Part shown: positions 11,525-22,436 of the stretch, in pieces
Layout of the letters: each line of letters starts with the position of its first letter
Numbering within the stretch: the stretch's first letter is position 1
NCBI GenBank assembly: GCA_963787255.1
Contig: CAWBCJ010000025.1
Coordinates: 256,001-320,000 of the forward strand
From: Methanobacteriota archaeon
Lineage (GTDB): Archaea > Methanobacteriota > Methanobacteria > Methanobacteriales > Methanobacteriaceae
Length of the DNA stretch: 64,000 nucleotides
Direction of reading: 5' to 3'
Notes under the pieces: model-generated
Databases searched by the model: none
What the model saw: the letters and a program-made list of their open reading frames with translations, nothing else
Told to the model about the DNA's origin: nothing
Program-made: the position numbers and the translations under genes

Positions 11525-11743
11525 CTTCTTCGTAATACCATCATTTATTTATAATACATTTACCAATATAAACTAAGTTATTTTCTTATGATGTAATTAT
11601 AATGTAAAGAATAATATGAATAATAGATTACTTTTCAAATGCTCTTACTCAAAACATATTAGTTATCAAGATAATTAAATTATTCAAGAGGTTTGAGATA
11701 ATAATCATTTTTAAAAGGCCTTTTTTAAAAAGAGGAAGGATAA

Positions 11744-13699
11744 ATGACAGGATTTAAGCTAGTATCAAACTATAAACCATTAGGAGATCAACCAAAAGCT
11801 ATTGATTCCCTTGTTAAAGGATTGAATAATGGATTAAAGCATCAAACACTTCTTGGAGTTACAGGTTCTGGAAAGACATTTACCATGGCTAACGTAATTA
11901 AAGAAGTTCAAAAGCCCACGTTAATTATTTCACACAATAAAACGTTAGCTGCACAGCTTTACGAGGAATTTAAGGAATTTTTCCCTGAAAATGCTGTTGA
12001 GTATTTTGTAAGTTACTATGACTATTACCAGCCGGAAGCTTACATTCCGCACACAGATACATATATAGATAAAGAAGCCAGTATTAACGACGAAATAGAC
12101 CAGATGAGACATTCAGCAACGCAATCGCTGCTTTCTAGAGACGATACAATTGTAGTTTCCAGTGTTTCTTGTATATATGGTATTGGATCCCCTGAAGATT
12201 ATGGAGATCATCTCCTGCACATGAAAGTAGGAGAAATACACGAAAGAGAAGAAATATTATCAAAATTAGTGCACATACAATATGAAAGAAACGATATAGA
12301 TTTTACAAGAGGTAAATTTAGAGCAAGGGGAGATGTAATCGAGATATTTCCAGTACATGGTTCTTTACCAGTTAGAATAGAACTATTTGGAGATGAAGTT
12401 GATGGAATATCCTATATTGATCATTTAAGAGGGAATGTTGTTAAAAAAATAGACAGGATAACTATATTCCCTGCAAAGCACTTTGTTATCTCTGAAAGTA
12501 AAATGCAAAGAGCATTAAATGGAATTGAAGCAGAACTGGAAGACCGTCTTACCATACTGTACGCCCAGAATAAATTAGTGGAAGCGCAGCGCCTTGAACA
12601 GAGAACAAGGTTTGACATTGAAATGCTTGAAGAAATGGGCTACTGTCCTGGAGTAGAGAACTATTCACTCCATTTAAGTGGTCGAAAATGGGGTAGCATG
12701 CCTCATACGTTAATAAAATATTTTCCAAAGGATTTTCTTACAATAATTGACGAATCACACGTTTCAGTACCTCAAATTGGGGGAATGTATGCTGGAGATC
12801 GTGCACGTAAAGATTCTCTTGTGGATTATGGATTCAGGCTTCCCTCTGCACGTGAAAATAGGCCGCTTAACTTTGAAGAGTTTGAAAGCTTGATGAACCA
12901 GGTATTATATGTTTCAGCAACACCTGCAAAATATGAGATTGGAAAAAGTGAAAATACTGTAGAACAAATTATAAGACCTACAGGACTTATTGACCCTGAA
13001 GTGATAATTAAACCAGTTGTAGGGCAGGTAGACCACCTTTTAGGGGAAGTGCAGAAAAAAATTAAACAGAATCAGAGAATTCTGGTAACTACATTAACAA
13101 AAAAGATGGCAGAAGATCTCACGGATTACTATGCTAAAATTGGGATTAAGGTAAGGTACCTACATTCAGATATAAGTACTCTAGATCGTATTGAGATAAT
13201 TGCAGACCTTAGACGTGGAGAATTTGATTGTCTAGTTGGTGTTAACCTCTTAAGAGAAGGATTAGACCTTCCTGAGGTTTCTCTTATTGGAATACTTGAT
13301 GCAGATAAAGAAGGTTTTCTAAGATCTGAAACATCTCTTATTCAGACAATAGGACGTGCAGCAAGAAATATTGATGGACAGGTCATCATATATGCGGATA
13401 AAATCACAAGGTCTGTAGAATCTGCAGTTAATATAACAAATCAGAGAAGGGAAATGCAGATGAAATACAACATGAAGCATAATATTACACCTAAATCTGT
13501 TTTTAGGGCACTTAAAGAAAAACAGAAAAAGGATAAAATTGAATTAATTGATGACATTGAAAATATTCCTAAAGATGAATTATATCTTCTAATTAAGGAC
13601 TTAGAACACCAAATGAAACTTGCATCATCAGAACTGGACTTTGAAAGAGCAGCAAAAATTAGAGATAAAATAACTGTTTTAGAAGGAGTATCAAAGTAA
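11744..13699 (+). CDS. uvrB: excinuclease ABC subunit B
   Basis: [22 protein letters not shown] and QTIGRAARN motifs. Confidence 0.98.
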   Translation: MTGFKLVSNYKPLGDQPKAIDSLVKGLNNGLKHQTLLGVTGSGKTFTMANVIKEVQKPTLIISHNKTLAAQLYEEFKEFFPENAVEYFVSYYDYYQPEAYIPHTDTYIDKEASINDEIDQMRHSATQSLLSRDDTIVVSSVSCIYGIGSPEDYGDHLLHMKVGEIHEREEILSKLVHIQYERNDIDFTRGKFRARGDVIEIFPVHGSLPVRIELFGDEVDGISYIDHLRGNVVKKIDRITIFPAKHFVISESKMQRALNGIEAELEDRLTILYAQNKLVEAQRLEQRTRFDIEMLEEMGYCPGVENYSLHLSGRKWGSMPHTLIKYFPKDFLTIIDESHVSVPQIGGMYAGDRARKDSLVDYGFRLPSARENRPLNFEEFESLMNQVLYVSATPAKYEIGKSENTVEQIIRPTGLIDPEVIIKPVVGQVDHLLGEVQKKIKQNQRILVTTLTKKMAEDLTDYYAKIGIKVRYLHSDISTLDRIEIIADLRRGEFDCLVGVNLLREGLDLPEVSLIGILDADKEGFLRSETSLIQTIGRAARNIDGQVIIYADKITRSVESAVNITNQRREMQMKYNMKHNITPKSVFRALKEKQKKDKIELIDDIENIPKDELYLLIKDLEHQMKLASSELDFERAAKIRDKITVLEGVSK

Positions 13700-16575
13700 T
13701 GAACTTAAAAAAAGACAACATAGTTATAAAAGGTGCCAGGGAGCACAATTTAAAAAATGTCGATATTACCATTCCAAGGGATAAGCTAGTTGTAATTTCA
13801 GGAATCAGCGGTTCAGGTAAATCATCACTTGCATTTGATACCATATATGCTGAAGGACAGAGAAGATATGTTGAATCTCTTTCAGCATATGCTAGGCAGT
13901 TTTTAGGCCAGATGAAAAAGCCAGAAGTTGATTACATTGAAGGTCTCTCCCCTGCAATCTCAATTGACCAAAAAACTACTAAAATGAACCCTAGATCTAC
14001 CGTAGGGACAGTAACAGAGATATACGACTATTTACGACTTTTGTATGCTAGGGTAGGTATTCCTCACTGTTATAATTGTGGTAAACCAATATCACAACAA
14101 ACTTCAGGTCAGATTGTTGATAGTATCTACAAAGAGGAAGAAGAAAGGAAAATACAGGTTATAGCTCCAGTAGTTAAAGACAGGAAAGGGGAGCATCATA
14201 AAATTTTCGAAGACCTGAAAAGAAAAGGTTTTGTAAGAGTTAGGGTAGATGGCGAGATATTAAGCCTTGATGATGAAATTGATCTTGACAAGAATAAAAA
14301 ACATACTGTAGAAGTTGTTGTAGACAGACTGGTTATAAGATACGACGTTGATTTTAAACGAAGACTTGCAGATTCAGTTGAAACAGCACTTGAGCTTGGA
14401 GAAGGTTTAATTGTTGTTTTATATGAAAAGAACGAAAAAGTGTTCAGCGAACATTTTGCATGTACAGACTGTGGTATAAACTTTGAAGAGATAAGTCCCA
14501 GAACGTTTTCATTTAACAGCCCACATGGTGCATGCTCTGAGTGTAATGGGCTTGGAAGCAAGCTGGAAATTGATACTGACCTTGTAATACCAGATAGATC
14601 GCTCTCTTTAGCAGATGGGGCAATTTTACCTTGGAGTAAATCTAAAAACAGGGAAAATTATTATAATCAGATGCTTAAAGCTGTTGCTGATCATTACGGA
14701 TTCAGCATGGACACTCCTTTTCAAGATTTACCTAAAAAATATCAGAATATAATCCTTTATGGATCTTCTGAACGGGTAGATTTCAAATTCCGGCGAAAAA
14801 ACAGAATGCATCACGTAAAAAGAAAATTTGAAGGTGTTGTAAAGAGAATGGAACGTCTCTTTATGGATACAAAATCTAATTACATGAGAGGATACATTGG
14901 GCAATTCATGAGTGATAGGAAATGCCCTGCCTGTAAAGGGACAAGATTAAGGCCAGAAAGCCGTTCAGTTACAGTAGGAGACAGATCAATTTCTACAGTG
15001 TCTGCAATGCCTATTAAAGAATCAAAGAAGTTTTTTGAAGAGTTAGAATTAACTGAATTAGAAAATTTCATAGCAAAAGAGATACTAAAGGAAATAAACG
15101 AGCGTTTAAAATTCTTAGCTGACGTTGGATTGGATTACATCACACTTAACAGATCATCTGGAACTCTTTCAGGTGGGGAAGCTCAAAGAATCCGTCTTGC
15201 AACCCAGATAGGTTCAGGGCTCGTGGGAGTACTTTACATACTTGACGAACCCAGCATTGGATTGCATCAAAGAGATAATGCAAGACTTATTGAAACCCTT
15301 AAAAAACTCAGAGATATAGGTAACACCCTGATTATTGTTGAACACGATGAAGAAACAATATTATCTGCTGATCATGTAATTGATATAGGGCCAGGAGCAG
15401 GAGAACATGGAGGAAGAATAACTGCTGTTGGAACACCCCTTGAGATAATGGATAATACAGATTCTATTACTGGCAGGTTTTTATCAAGAAAAGATACCAT
15501 TGACATTCCCAATAAACGAATAGAACCTAATGGTAAGTCAATTATAGTTAAAGGAGCAAGGCAGAATAACCTTCAAAATATCGATGTTAATATTCCTCTG
15601 GGAGTTTTCACATGTGTTACGGGGGTTTCTGGTTCTGGTAAAAGTACCCTCATTAATGATGTGCTTTATAAAGGACTTTCTGGTAAATTCAATAAAAAAC
15701 ATGTAAATGCAGGAAAACACGACGATATTATGGGAATTGAAAACATAGACAAAGTTATAATAATCGATCAATCCCCTATAGGCCGTACTCCTCGTTCTAA
15801 TCCCGCCACATATACAGGAGTATTTACTTATATTAGAGAAATCTTTTCTGAAACAATTGCAGCTAAAAAAAGAGGTTACAAACCGGGAAGATTTAGTTTC
15901 AACGTGAAAGGTGGTCGTTGTGAAGCGTGCAGCGGTGATGGAATAATAAAAATTGAAATGCATTTTTTAGCAGATGTTTATGTTCCATGTGAAGTGTGTA
16001 AAAGTAAAAGATACAATAGAGAAACATTGGATATCCGATATAAAGGTAAAAACATTGCTGATGTCCTTAACATGACTGTTGAAGAAGCCCTTCACTTCTT
16101 TAGAAATGTTCCAAGGATTCATAAAAAGCTTAAGACACTTGACGATGTGGGGCTTGGTTATATCAAGCTTGGACAACCAGCAACAACTCTTTCTGGTGGA
16201 GAAGCACAACGTGTGAAGCTTTCTAAAGAATTAAGCCGACAGAGTACTGGTAAAACTTTATATATACTTGACGAGCCGACTACTGGACTTCACTTTGCTG
16301 ATATTAAAAAACTTTTAGATGTTCTTGGAAGATTAAGAAACTCTGGAAACACAGTATTGGTCATTGAACATAATCTGGATGTTATTAAAACTGCAGATTA
16401 TATATTAGATCTTGGACCTGAAGGTGGAGATGAAGGAGGGCTTGTTGTAGCTGAAGGTACACCTGAGGAAGTTGCATTAAGTGGTACCTATACTGGAGAT
16501 TTCTTAAAAGATGTTCTGGATGGTAAATCAGCTATTTCTTCCATTGAGATTGATTTTAAAATGAGTTCAAAGTGA
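13699..16575 (+). CDS. uvrA: excinuclease ABC subunit A
   Basis: Two ABC cassettes ([24 protein letters not shown] x2) and Zn fingers; TAATG overlap with uvrB. Confidence 0.98.
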   Translation: MNLKKDNIVIKGAREHNLKNVDITIPRDKLVVISGISGSGKSSLAFDTIYAEGQRRYVESLSAYARQFLGQMKKPEVDYIEGLSPAISIDQKTTKMNPRSTVGTVTEIYDYLRLLYARVGIPHCYNCGKPISQQTSGQIVDSIYKEEEERKIQVIAPVVKDRKGEHHKIFEDLKRKGFVRVRVDGEILSLDDEIDLDKNKKHTVEVVVDRLVIRYDVDFKRRLADSVETALELGEGLIVVLYEKNEKVFSEHFACTDCGINFEEISPRTFSFNSPHGACSECNGLGSKLEIDTDLVIPDRSLSLADGAILPWSKSKNRENYYNQMLKAVADHYGFSMDTPFQDLPKKYQNIILYGSSERVDFKFRRKNRMHHVKRKFEGVVKRMERLFMDTKSNYMRGYIGQFMSDRKCPACKGTRLRPESRSVTVGDRSISTVSAMPIKESKKFFEELELTELENFIAKEILKEINERLKFLADVGLDYITLNRSSGTLSGGEAQRIRLATQIGSGLVGVLYILDEPSIGLHQRDNARLIETLKKLRDIGNTLIIVEHDEETILSADHVIDIGPGAGEHGGRITAVGTPLEIMDNTDSITGRFLSRKDTIDIPNKRIEPNGKSIIVKGARQNNLQNIDVNIPLGVFTCVTGVSGSGKSTLINDVLYKGLSGKFNKKHVNAGKHDDIMGIENIDKVIIIDQSPIGRTPRSNPATYTGVFTYIREIFSETIAAKKRGYKPGRFSFNVKGGRCEACSGDGIIKIEMHFLADVYVPCEVCKSKRYNRETLDIRYKGKNIADVLNMTVEEALHFFRNVPRIHKKLKTLDDVGLGYIKLGQPATTLSGGEAQRVKLSKELSRQSTGKTLYILDEPTTGLHFADIKKLLDVLGRLRNSGNTVLVIEHNLDVIKTADYILDLGPEGGDEGGLVVAEGTPEEVALSGTYTGDFLKDVLDGKSAISSIEIDFKMSSK

Positions 16576-16847
16576 TTTTCATCTAATGTTGTTTGAAAAT
16601 TACTTTTTCTATTTTTTTCTATAATTTTATTAAATTCTATTTTTTGTGTAATTAAAACATTGCTGAACTAATTAAAAAAAATAGTTTATAAAATAAATCT
16701 TTTTATATCAATTAAGTTTGAAATAAATTTTATTTTTAATTTCAATTTTAAGATTTTAAATTTAATACCAAAAATAAAATAAGTTAATACTGACATAAAT
16801 TAAATTGTTATATCTTTAAGAGAATTTTCAAAAAAGGAGGTTATCTT

Positions 16848-17766
16848 ATTACTAAAAATAAGGCTATAAAAGTCTTTTTAGTTAAAACTGATGATAGAAA
16901 CTTTGGTATTAATAAGTTAATGGATGAATTTAATTTGGATCAACTTTCTGGAGAAAATATAGCAATTAAAGCTAACTTCAACAGTGCGGATCCTTTTCCA
17001 GCTTCAACCCATATTAAAACACTTCAATCAATTATTAAAAAACTTAATGAAGTAAATATAGATGATATTACACTAGCAGAGCGTAGTGGAATGGGTAAAA
17101 CTCGAAACGTTCTTGAAAAAATGGGTGTATTTCAATTAGCTGATGAAATGGATTTTAATGTTGTTGTACTTGATGAAATGAATAAAGAAGAATGGGTGAA
17201 AATAGAAAGAGATGGAACTCACTGGATAAGAGGATTTTATCTACCTAAGATTTTTTTGGAGTTTCCAGGAGTTATACAGACATGTTGTTTGAAAACACAC
17301 AGGTTTGGTGGTCATTTTACTCTTTCTCTTAAAAATTCAGTGGGTATGGTTTCAAAGCGGCTTCCTGGAGGAATATATAATTATATGGCAGAATTACATA
17401 TGTCTCCCTATCAAAGACAGATGATTGCTGAAATTAACAAGTATTACAATGTTGATCTTGTAATTATGGATGCAATAAAGGCTTTTATAAGTAAGGGACC
17501 TGAAACTGGTGAAATTGTAGAACCAAAACTTCTAATTGCAAGCAGCGACCGTGTAGCAATTGACGCTGTAGGAGTTGCAATTTTAAGAAATTACGGTGTA
17601 AAAACAGGTATAAATAAAGGAAAGATTTTTGAGCAGGATCAAATTAAAAGAGCTGTTGAATTAGATATAGGTGTTAAATCAGCTGATGAAATTGAGTTAA
17701 TCCCTCTAAATGACGAAAGTCATGAATGATGCTGCAAATATAATGAAAATATTTGAAAAAGAATGA
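16848..17766 (+). CDS. DUF362 family protein (probable ATT start; apparent frameshift near 17727)
   Basis: IAIKANFNSAD, LKTHRFGGHFTLSLKNSVG and SSDRVAIDAVG motifs. Frame extends upstream to ATT 16848 behind GGAGG. The C-terminus appears to continue in another frame (DAANIMKIFEKE*) to 17766. Confidence 0.8.
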
Positions 17767-17823
17767 ATTTGATTAATTAATCTTTTTAACAATATGGTAT
17801 TTTTATGTGGAGATTTTTATTAA

Positions 17824-18408
17824 ATGAATAATAATAGTGATAATCATATAGTTATAAGGCCGCATAGGCCTGATTTTAAAGAAAAAATGTTTTTTTTAAT
17901 TTCTGGTATAGTAGTTAGTGTTCCATTAACTCTGTTTTTTGGAACATTTGCAGAGCGTCTTTGTGTTGTTTTACCCGTATTTTATGCAACTGTATGTGCG
18001 GTTGTAATTTTTACTCCATTTATTGAAGAGTTTGCCAAAGCATTTCCCTTATTTTACAGACATGGTGAGACTGAAAGGTCAATTTTCATTTTAGGATTCC
18101 TTGTAGGTTTAGGGTTTGGGATATCTGAATTTTTTGTTTATATTTTTGCATTAGATGCTCCAGCAATAATTAGGATTCCGGGAATTTTGTTTCATGCGGC
18201 ATCTGCTTCTATTATAGCATATGGTATTGCAAAAAAACAGCCAATATTTTATTATTTGATAGCTGTGGGACTTCATTTCCTTAATAATTTCTCTGCATTG
18301 TTTGATACAGGGATTATAGGGTTTGTTATAGCTAATATAGCGGCGTATTATCTTTCTTATGAATACTTTTACAAGAAAACAACAGAAAAAATTATTGATA
18401 AAAATTAG
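17824..18408 (+). CDS. PrsW-family intramembrane protease
   Basis: PFIEEFAK, GLGFGISE, FHA and HFLNN motifs; multi-TM. Confidence 0.85.
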   Translation: MNNNSDNHIVIRPHRPDFKEKMFFLISGIVVSVPLTLFFGTFAERLCVVLPVFYATVCAVVIFTPFIEEFAKAFPLFYRHGETERSIFILGFLVGLGFGISEFFVYIFALDAPAIIRIPGILFHAASASIIAYGIAKKQPIFYYLIAVGLHFLNNFSALFDTGIIGFVIANIAAYYLSYEYFYKKTTEKIIDKN

Positions 18409-18528
18409 CCGGATATATAAAAAAAAATCTATATATAAATATAAAAAAAATTTAAAAAAAATAGTATAAAATTTAAAGGATAAATCAATTTTTGTGAAAA
18501 AATTAACTTTAAAACTTAAATTAAACTA

Positions 18529-18768
18529 TTATTCTACTATTTCTGCAAAAGCGAAGTTTCTTCTTGTTGAAGTAATTCTGATTTTAACTTCATCGCCTAG
18601 TTTTGCTCCAGTTACAAAAACTACAAAGCCTTCGATTCTAGCGATTCCGTCTCCGTCTCTTCCAACATCTTCAATTTTAACATCGTGTTCTTCGCCTTCG
18701 TTTAAAGGTGAAGAATTTCCTCTACTATTATTTGAGTAATTATCTCTTCCGTAATTATTTTTAAACAA
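18529..18768 (-). CDS. single-TRAM-domain RNA chaperone (archaeal cold-shock type)
   Basis: [32 protein letters not shown]...FAFAEIV. Confidence 0.93.
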   Translation of the reverse strand: MFKNNYGRDNYSNNSRGNSSPLNEGEEHDVKIEDVGRDGDGIARIEGFVVFVTGAKLGDEVKIRITSTRRNFAFAEIVE

Positions 18769-18788
18769 TTCATCACATCCTAAATACA

Positions 18789-18824
18789 GCCAAAAATGGC
18801 ATTAATGTATTGCCAAATATGGCA
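18789..18824 (-). promoter_or_regulatory. tandem GCCA-N4-TGGC palindromes in the TRAM leader
   Basis: GCCAAAAATGGC (18789-18800) and TGCCAAATATGGCA (18811-18824) lie between a minus-strand TTTATATA box (~18848-18855) and the start codon. Confidence 0.55.
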
Positions 18825-18915
18825 TGATATACTGTTTAACTTCAAGGTATATAAAGTGATCTATTTTAAGAAGAAAAAAATTTAAAAAATTATTTCCAAA
18901 ATAGAGTCTTTTTAT

Positions 18916-19107
18916 CTATTTTTGCACTCTATCACACAGTAAGCAATTTCCTATTCCAACGTTTTCTGATTCAACTTCTCTTATTATTGTTATCATTGCT
19001 TCTACAGGTAATCCCATTATCCTGCTTGCTGCTTCAGAAAATTCTTTAACAAGTTCAGATTTTTGTTCTTTAGTTAATTTAGGTCCATCAATTGTAATTA
19101 CAGGCAT
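18916..19107 (-). CDS. 4-oxalocrotonate tautomerase family protein (DmpI-like)
   Basis: N-terminal Pro (MPVITIDGP), 63 aa, ENVGIG. Confidence 0.9.
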   Translation of the reverse strand: MPVITIDGPKLTKEQKSELVKEFSEAASRIMGLPVEAMITIIREVESENVGIGNCLLCDRVQK

Positions 19108-19143
19108 GTTTTATCCTCCTGATTAATAACTCTTATTTTAATT

Positions 19144-19785
19144 CTATAAAGAGTTTATTATATCTTTAAATTTATTTATTTCAATTTTTACTTCATCTTT
19201 TGACATTACAGCGGAGCCAAAGATTCCAAAGGATGGTAAAACTTTTAATCCTGTTACTTCAAGTATGTTATGGGTTATATATTTAAATAAATCGTTTATG
19301 TCTCCATGTGGTCCTTCATAAGTGTAAATATCTCTTGTTGCTCCTGTAGTATATGATAGCATTGCTTTTTTACCTTTTAAGAGTCCTGTATCATATAATT
19401 TTCCTTCTGCAATGTTATGGACGATACCAGGTAAAAATACTCTGTCAATCCAACCTTTTAAGATGGCTGGTAATGATGTCCACCACACTGGAAACTGAAA
19501 TATCAATAAATCTGCCCATTTAATCTTTTCCACTTCGTCTTTAATATCTTGTGCTAGGGATCCTGTTCCAAGTGCATTAACCTGTTCCATTATGGGATTG
19601 AAGAATTCATTATCTTTTCTTTGTGAAAAATCATCTTGATCAAGTGTTGGTTTGAATTTCATCCCATAAAGATCAGAAATTTTTACTTTATGACCGTTAT
19701 CACGTAGTGTTTTTGCAGCTAAGTCTTTCATATAACCGTTCAGTGAATTTGGCTCTGGATGGGCGTATACAATTAACACATTCAT
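19144..19785 (-). CDS. NAD(P)H:quinone oxidoreductase (flavodoxin-2 family)
   Basis: VYAHPEPNSLN and FQFPVWWTSLPAILKGWIDRV motifs. Confidence 0.92.
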   Translation of the reverse strand: MNVLIVYAHPEPNSLNGYMKDLAAKTLRDNGHKVKISDLYGMKFKPTLDQDDFSQRKDNEFFNPIMEQVNALGTGSLAQDIKDEVEKIKWADLLIFQFPVWWTSLPAILKGWIDRVFLPGIVHNIAEGKLYDTGLLKGKKAMLSYTTGATRDIYTYEGPHGDINDLFKYITHNILEVTGLKVLPSFGIFGSAVMSKDEVKIEINKFKDIINSL

Positions 19786-20137
19786 TTTATCACCTTTTTT
19801 CTATTTATTATTACTAAGTTTGTGAAAATTTAAATTTTTTTGGGTAATTCATAATGTCTTATAAAAATTCTAAGAATAAAGATGGAGATATAATTAAATT
19901 AGTTAAATGATAAAATAAAGAATATAATTACTAATTACGCTCGTCCCCTGATCGTTTGCAAAATGATTTTTTATCATGCTTATGGCTGTGTTTATTATGA
20001 ATTTTATACTGACATTTCACTTAAAGATGAATATACACTATATTACGGTCATAAATTAAATTTAGTATTATTCAATCAATTTCAACAAAAAATATAGTTT
20101 AGAAATTTTATTAATTTATTATTTGAGGTTTAATACC

Positions 20138-20782
20138 TTGCCTGAAACAACTAAATCAAGCAGCTATTTTTTAGATGCTTTATCAACTATTAATAAAAAA
20201 AACTCTTCAGATTATATGACTTTAGAAGAGTTTTTAGAGATTACAGGAGAGCGTGGACGGTTAATTTTGTGCATGATTCTGGCAACTCCTTTTTTGATAC
20301 CTATATCCATTCCAGGATCAAGTATACCCTTTGGAATTGGAATAATGTTTATCGGAATTAGCATCATTTTTAACAAATCGTTAATACCTAAACAGGTTTT
20401 AAAATACAAATTAAAGAAAAGTACTATCTTAAAGATACTAAAAGGGAGTATCAACGTCTTAAATAAATTTGAAAAGATTTTTAAGCAGCGTGCCCAAGTA
20501 CTAACTGCCACCAATTCCATTCATACAATAAATGGTATTTTGCTAGTTTTCAGCGCTTTTTTGCTCATGCTGCCTTTACCTATACCATTAACTGATACTT
20601 TGCCTGCATATTCAATTTTTTTACTTTCTGCAGGCATCCTAGAAAGAGATGGATATTTTGTCATTATAAGCTATGCTCTAATTATAATCACTGCTCTTTA
20701 TTTTGGCTTAATACTCTTTTTAGGATTTGAAGCAGTTTCTTTTATTTTATCTTACTTTGGCATAAATTTGCCACAATTCTAA
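20138..20782 (+). CDS. ExoD-family membrane protein
   Basis: PFLIPISIPGSSIPFG, LPLPIPLTDTLPA and LERDG motifs; TTG start after GAGGT. Confidence 0.85.
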   Translation: MPETTKSSSYFLDALSTINKKNSSDYMTLEEFLEITGERGRLILCMILATPFLIPISIPGSSIPFGIGIMFIGISIIFNKSLIPKQVLKYKLKKSTILKILKGSINVLNKFEKIFKQRAQVLTATNSIHTINGILLVFSAFLLMLPLPIPLTDTLPAYSIFLLSAGILERDGYFVIISYALIIITALYFGLILFLGFEAVSFILSYFGINLPQF

Positions 20783-20848
20783 TTAAATAATAAAAACAAT
20801 ATATAAAATATTAATTAGATTGATCATAGAATCAGTTGAGGTAAAATC

Positions 20849-21358
20849 ATGAGCAAAATAGGAGTTTTAATCGGGCCAAAATTTGAAGATATAGAATATA
20901 ATAAACCAGCAAAAGCATTTAAAGAAAATGGACATGAATTAACACATATTGGATTAAAAAAAGGCCAAATAGTAGAAGGTAAAGAACAAAAAACTAGAAT
21001 TAAGATAGATAAATCAGCAGCCGATGTTTCAACAAACGATTTTGACGCAATTTTTATTCCAGGCGGATGTTCACCAGATAAATTAAGAGAAGATGAAAAT
21101 ATAGTACAATTTACAATGAACTTCGTAAAAAGTGATAAACCAGTATTTGCCATCTGCCATGCGCCACAGCTATTCATTACAGCAAAAGTAATTGAAGGGC
21201 GCAATGTCGCATGTTGGAAATCAATTATTGTAGATATTAAAAATGCAGGGGGAAATTATGTAGATAAAGAGGTTGTTGAAGACGGTAATATAATTTCAAG
21301 CCGCGGCCCGGGTGATATTCCCGCATTTATCAATGCTTCGCTCAAAAAATTAAGTTAA
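20849..21358 (+). CDS. PfpI/DJ-1 family protein (type 1 glutamine amidotransferase-like)
   Basis: FEDIEY, IPGGCSPDKLR and AICHAPQL motifs. Confidence 0.93.
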   Translation: MSKIGVLIGPKFEDIEYNKPAKAFKENGHELTHIGLKKGQIVEGKEQKTRIKIDKSAADVSTNDFDAIFIPGGCSPDKLREDENIVQFTMNFVKSDKPVFAICHAPQLFITAKVIEGRNVACWKSIIVDIKNAGGNYVDKEVVEDGNIISSRGPGDIPAFINASLKKLS

Positions 21359-21474
21359 ATAAAAAAAACTACAGCAATATTTATAGAAAATTAAATTTAT
21401 CTTTATATAAAAGTCATAAATCAATTAATTAATCCAATTTAAACTAACTAAAGCGATAATTCAAGGTTCTAAAC

Positions 21475-22392
21475 TTAGGAATCATTAATATCTGAAAAAA
21501 TTGACATTCCCATTATTATCTGGCCTTTTTCATCCCTTATAGGAATAGAACTATTACTTATCATGCTTTTAAATCCATCTTCTCTGGAAACAATAATCAC
21601 TTGATCTTCAATTTCTTCTCCATCTTTAATAGAACGGGTAAGGGGCCAATCCTTAAGTTCATAGGGATTCCCATCTGAATGAGAACCATTATAATAGCAG
21701 TATTCGGCTAATTCCTCTGTTTCTACACAATCTCCCCAGATTTCATCTAATTTTTTGTTTTTTATTAAAGGTTCACCAGAAGAGGCGTCTACAATGAGAA
21801 TACCTACTGGAAGTTTATTTATAAGGGTATTCAATTTGAATTTTTCCATTTTTAGTTTTTCAACGTTTCTTGCAAGTCTACTCTCTAGTAATTCACTCAC
21901 CCTTTTCTCGGATTTTAATTTTTTTCCAGTTTCTTCTAGTTCTTCTTCATGCCATTCAATTAATTTCCTGAGATCTTTTTGGGTTTTCATAAGCTGTTTT
22001 TCAATTTTTTTACGTTCTATAGCATAATAAATGGATCTAGTAAGTAATCTACCCTCAATTTCTCCTTTAATTAAATAATCCTGTGCTCCCTCACGAACAG
22101 CCTTTACAGCAATCTCTTCATCATCAAAACCACTTAAAATAACGATTGGAAGTTCTGGAACCTGATCATAAGTTCTAATAAATGTGTCAAATCCCCAACT
22201 ATCGGGTAAATTTAAATCTAAAAGTAACATATCAAATGATTCTTGAAATAGTTTTTCAAAACCTGTTTTAAGTTTACTAACATGTGTTAATTGAAATGGA
22301 ATTTTTGTAGTTTCCTTTAACATTTCCCTGATAATTACAGCGTCTTCGATACTGTCTTCAATTAATAAAATCTTAATGGGTTTTCCTTGCAT
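21475..22392 (-). CDS. response regulator REC-coiled coil-PAS
   Basis: LLIEDS...LLDLNLPDS...GAQDYLIK receiver and C-terminal PAS/PAC. Confidence 0.88.
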   Translation of the reverse strand: MQGKPIKILLIEDSIEDAVIIREMLKETTKIPFQLTHVSKLKTGFEKLFQESFDMLLLDLNLPDSWGFDTFIRTYDQVPELPIVILSGFDDEEIAVKAVREGAQDYLIKGEIEGRLLTRSIYYAIERKKIEKQLMKTQKDLRKLIEWHEEELEETGKKLKSEKRVSELLESRLARNVEKLKMEKFKLNTLINKLPVGILIVDASSGEPLIKNKKLDEIWGDCVETEELAEYCYYNGSHSDGNPYELKDWPLTRSIKDGEEIEDQVIIVSREDGFKSMISNSSIPIRDEKGQIIMGMSIFSDINDS

Positions 22393-22436
22393 ATTTCAAC
22401 CGCCCCTGCAATAATAAATGATTCTTTACTAATAGA

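Noticed and set aside
17721-17766. TGA followed by TGC TGC at the end of DUF362, as possible selenocysteine read-through
   Set aside because: A one-base shift gives a plausible helical C-terminus, no SECIS is evident, and similar indels occur elsewhere; an assembly error is simpler.
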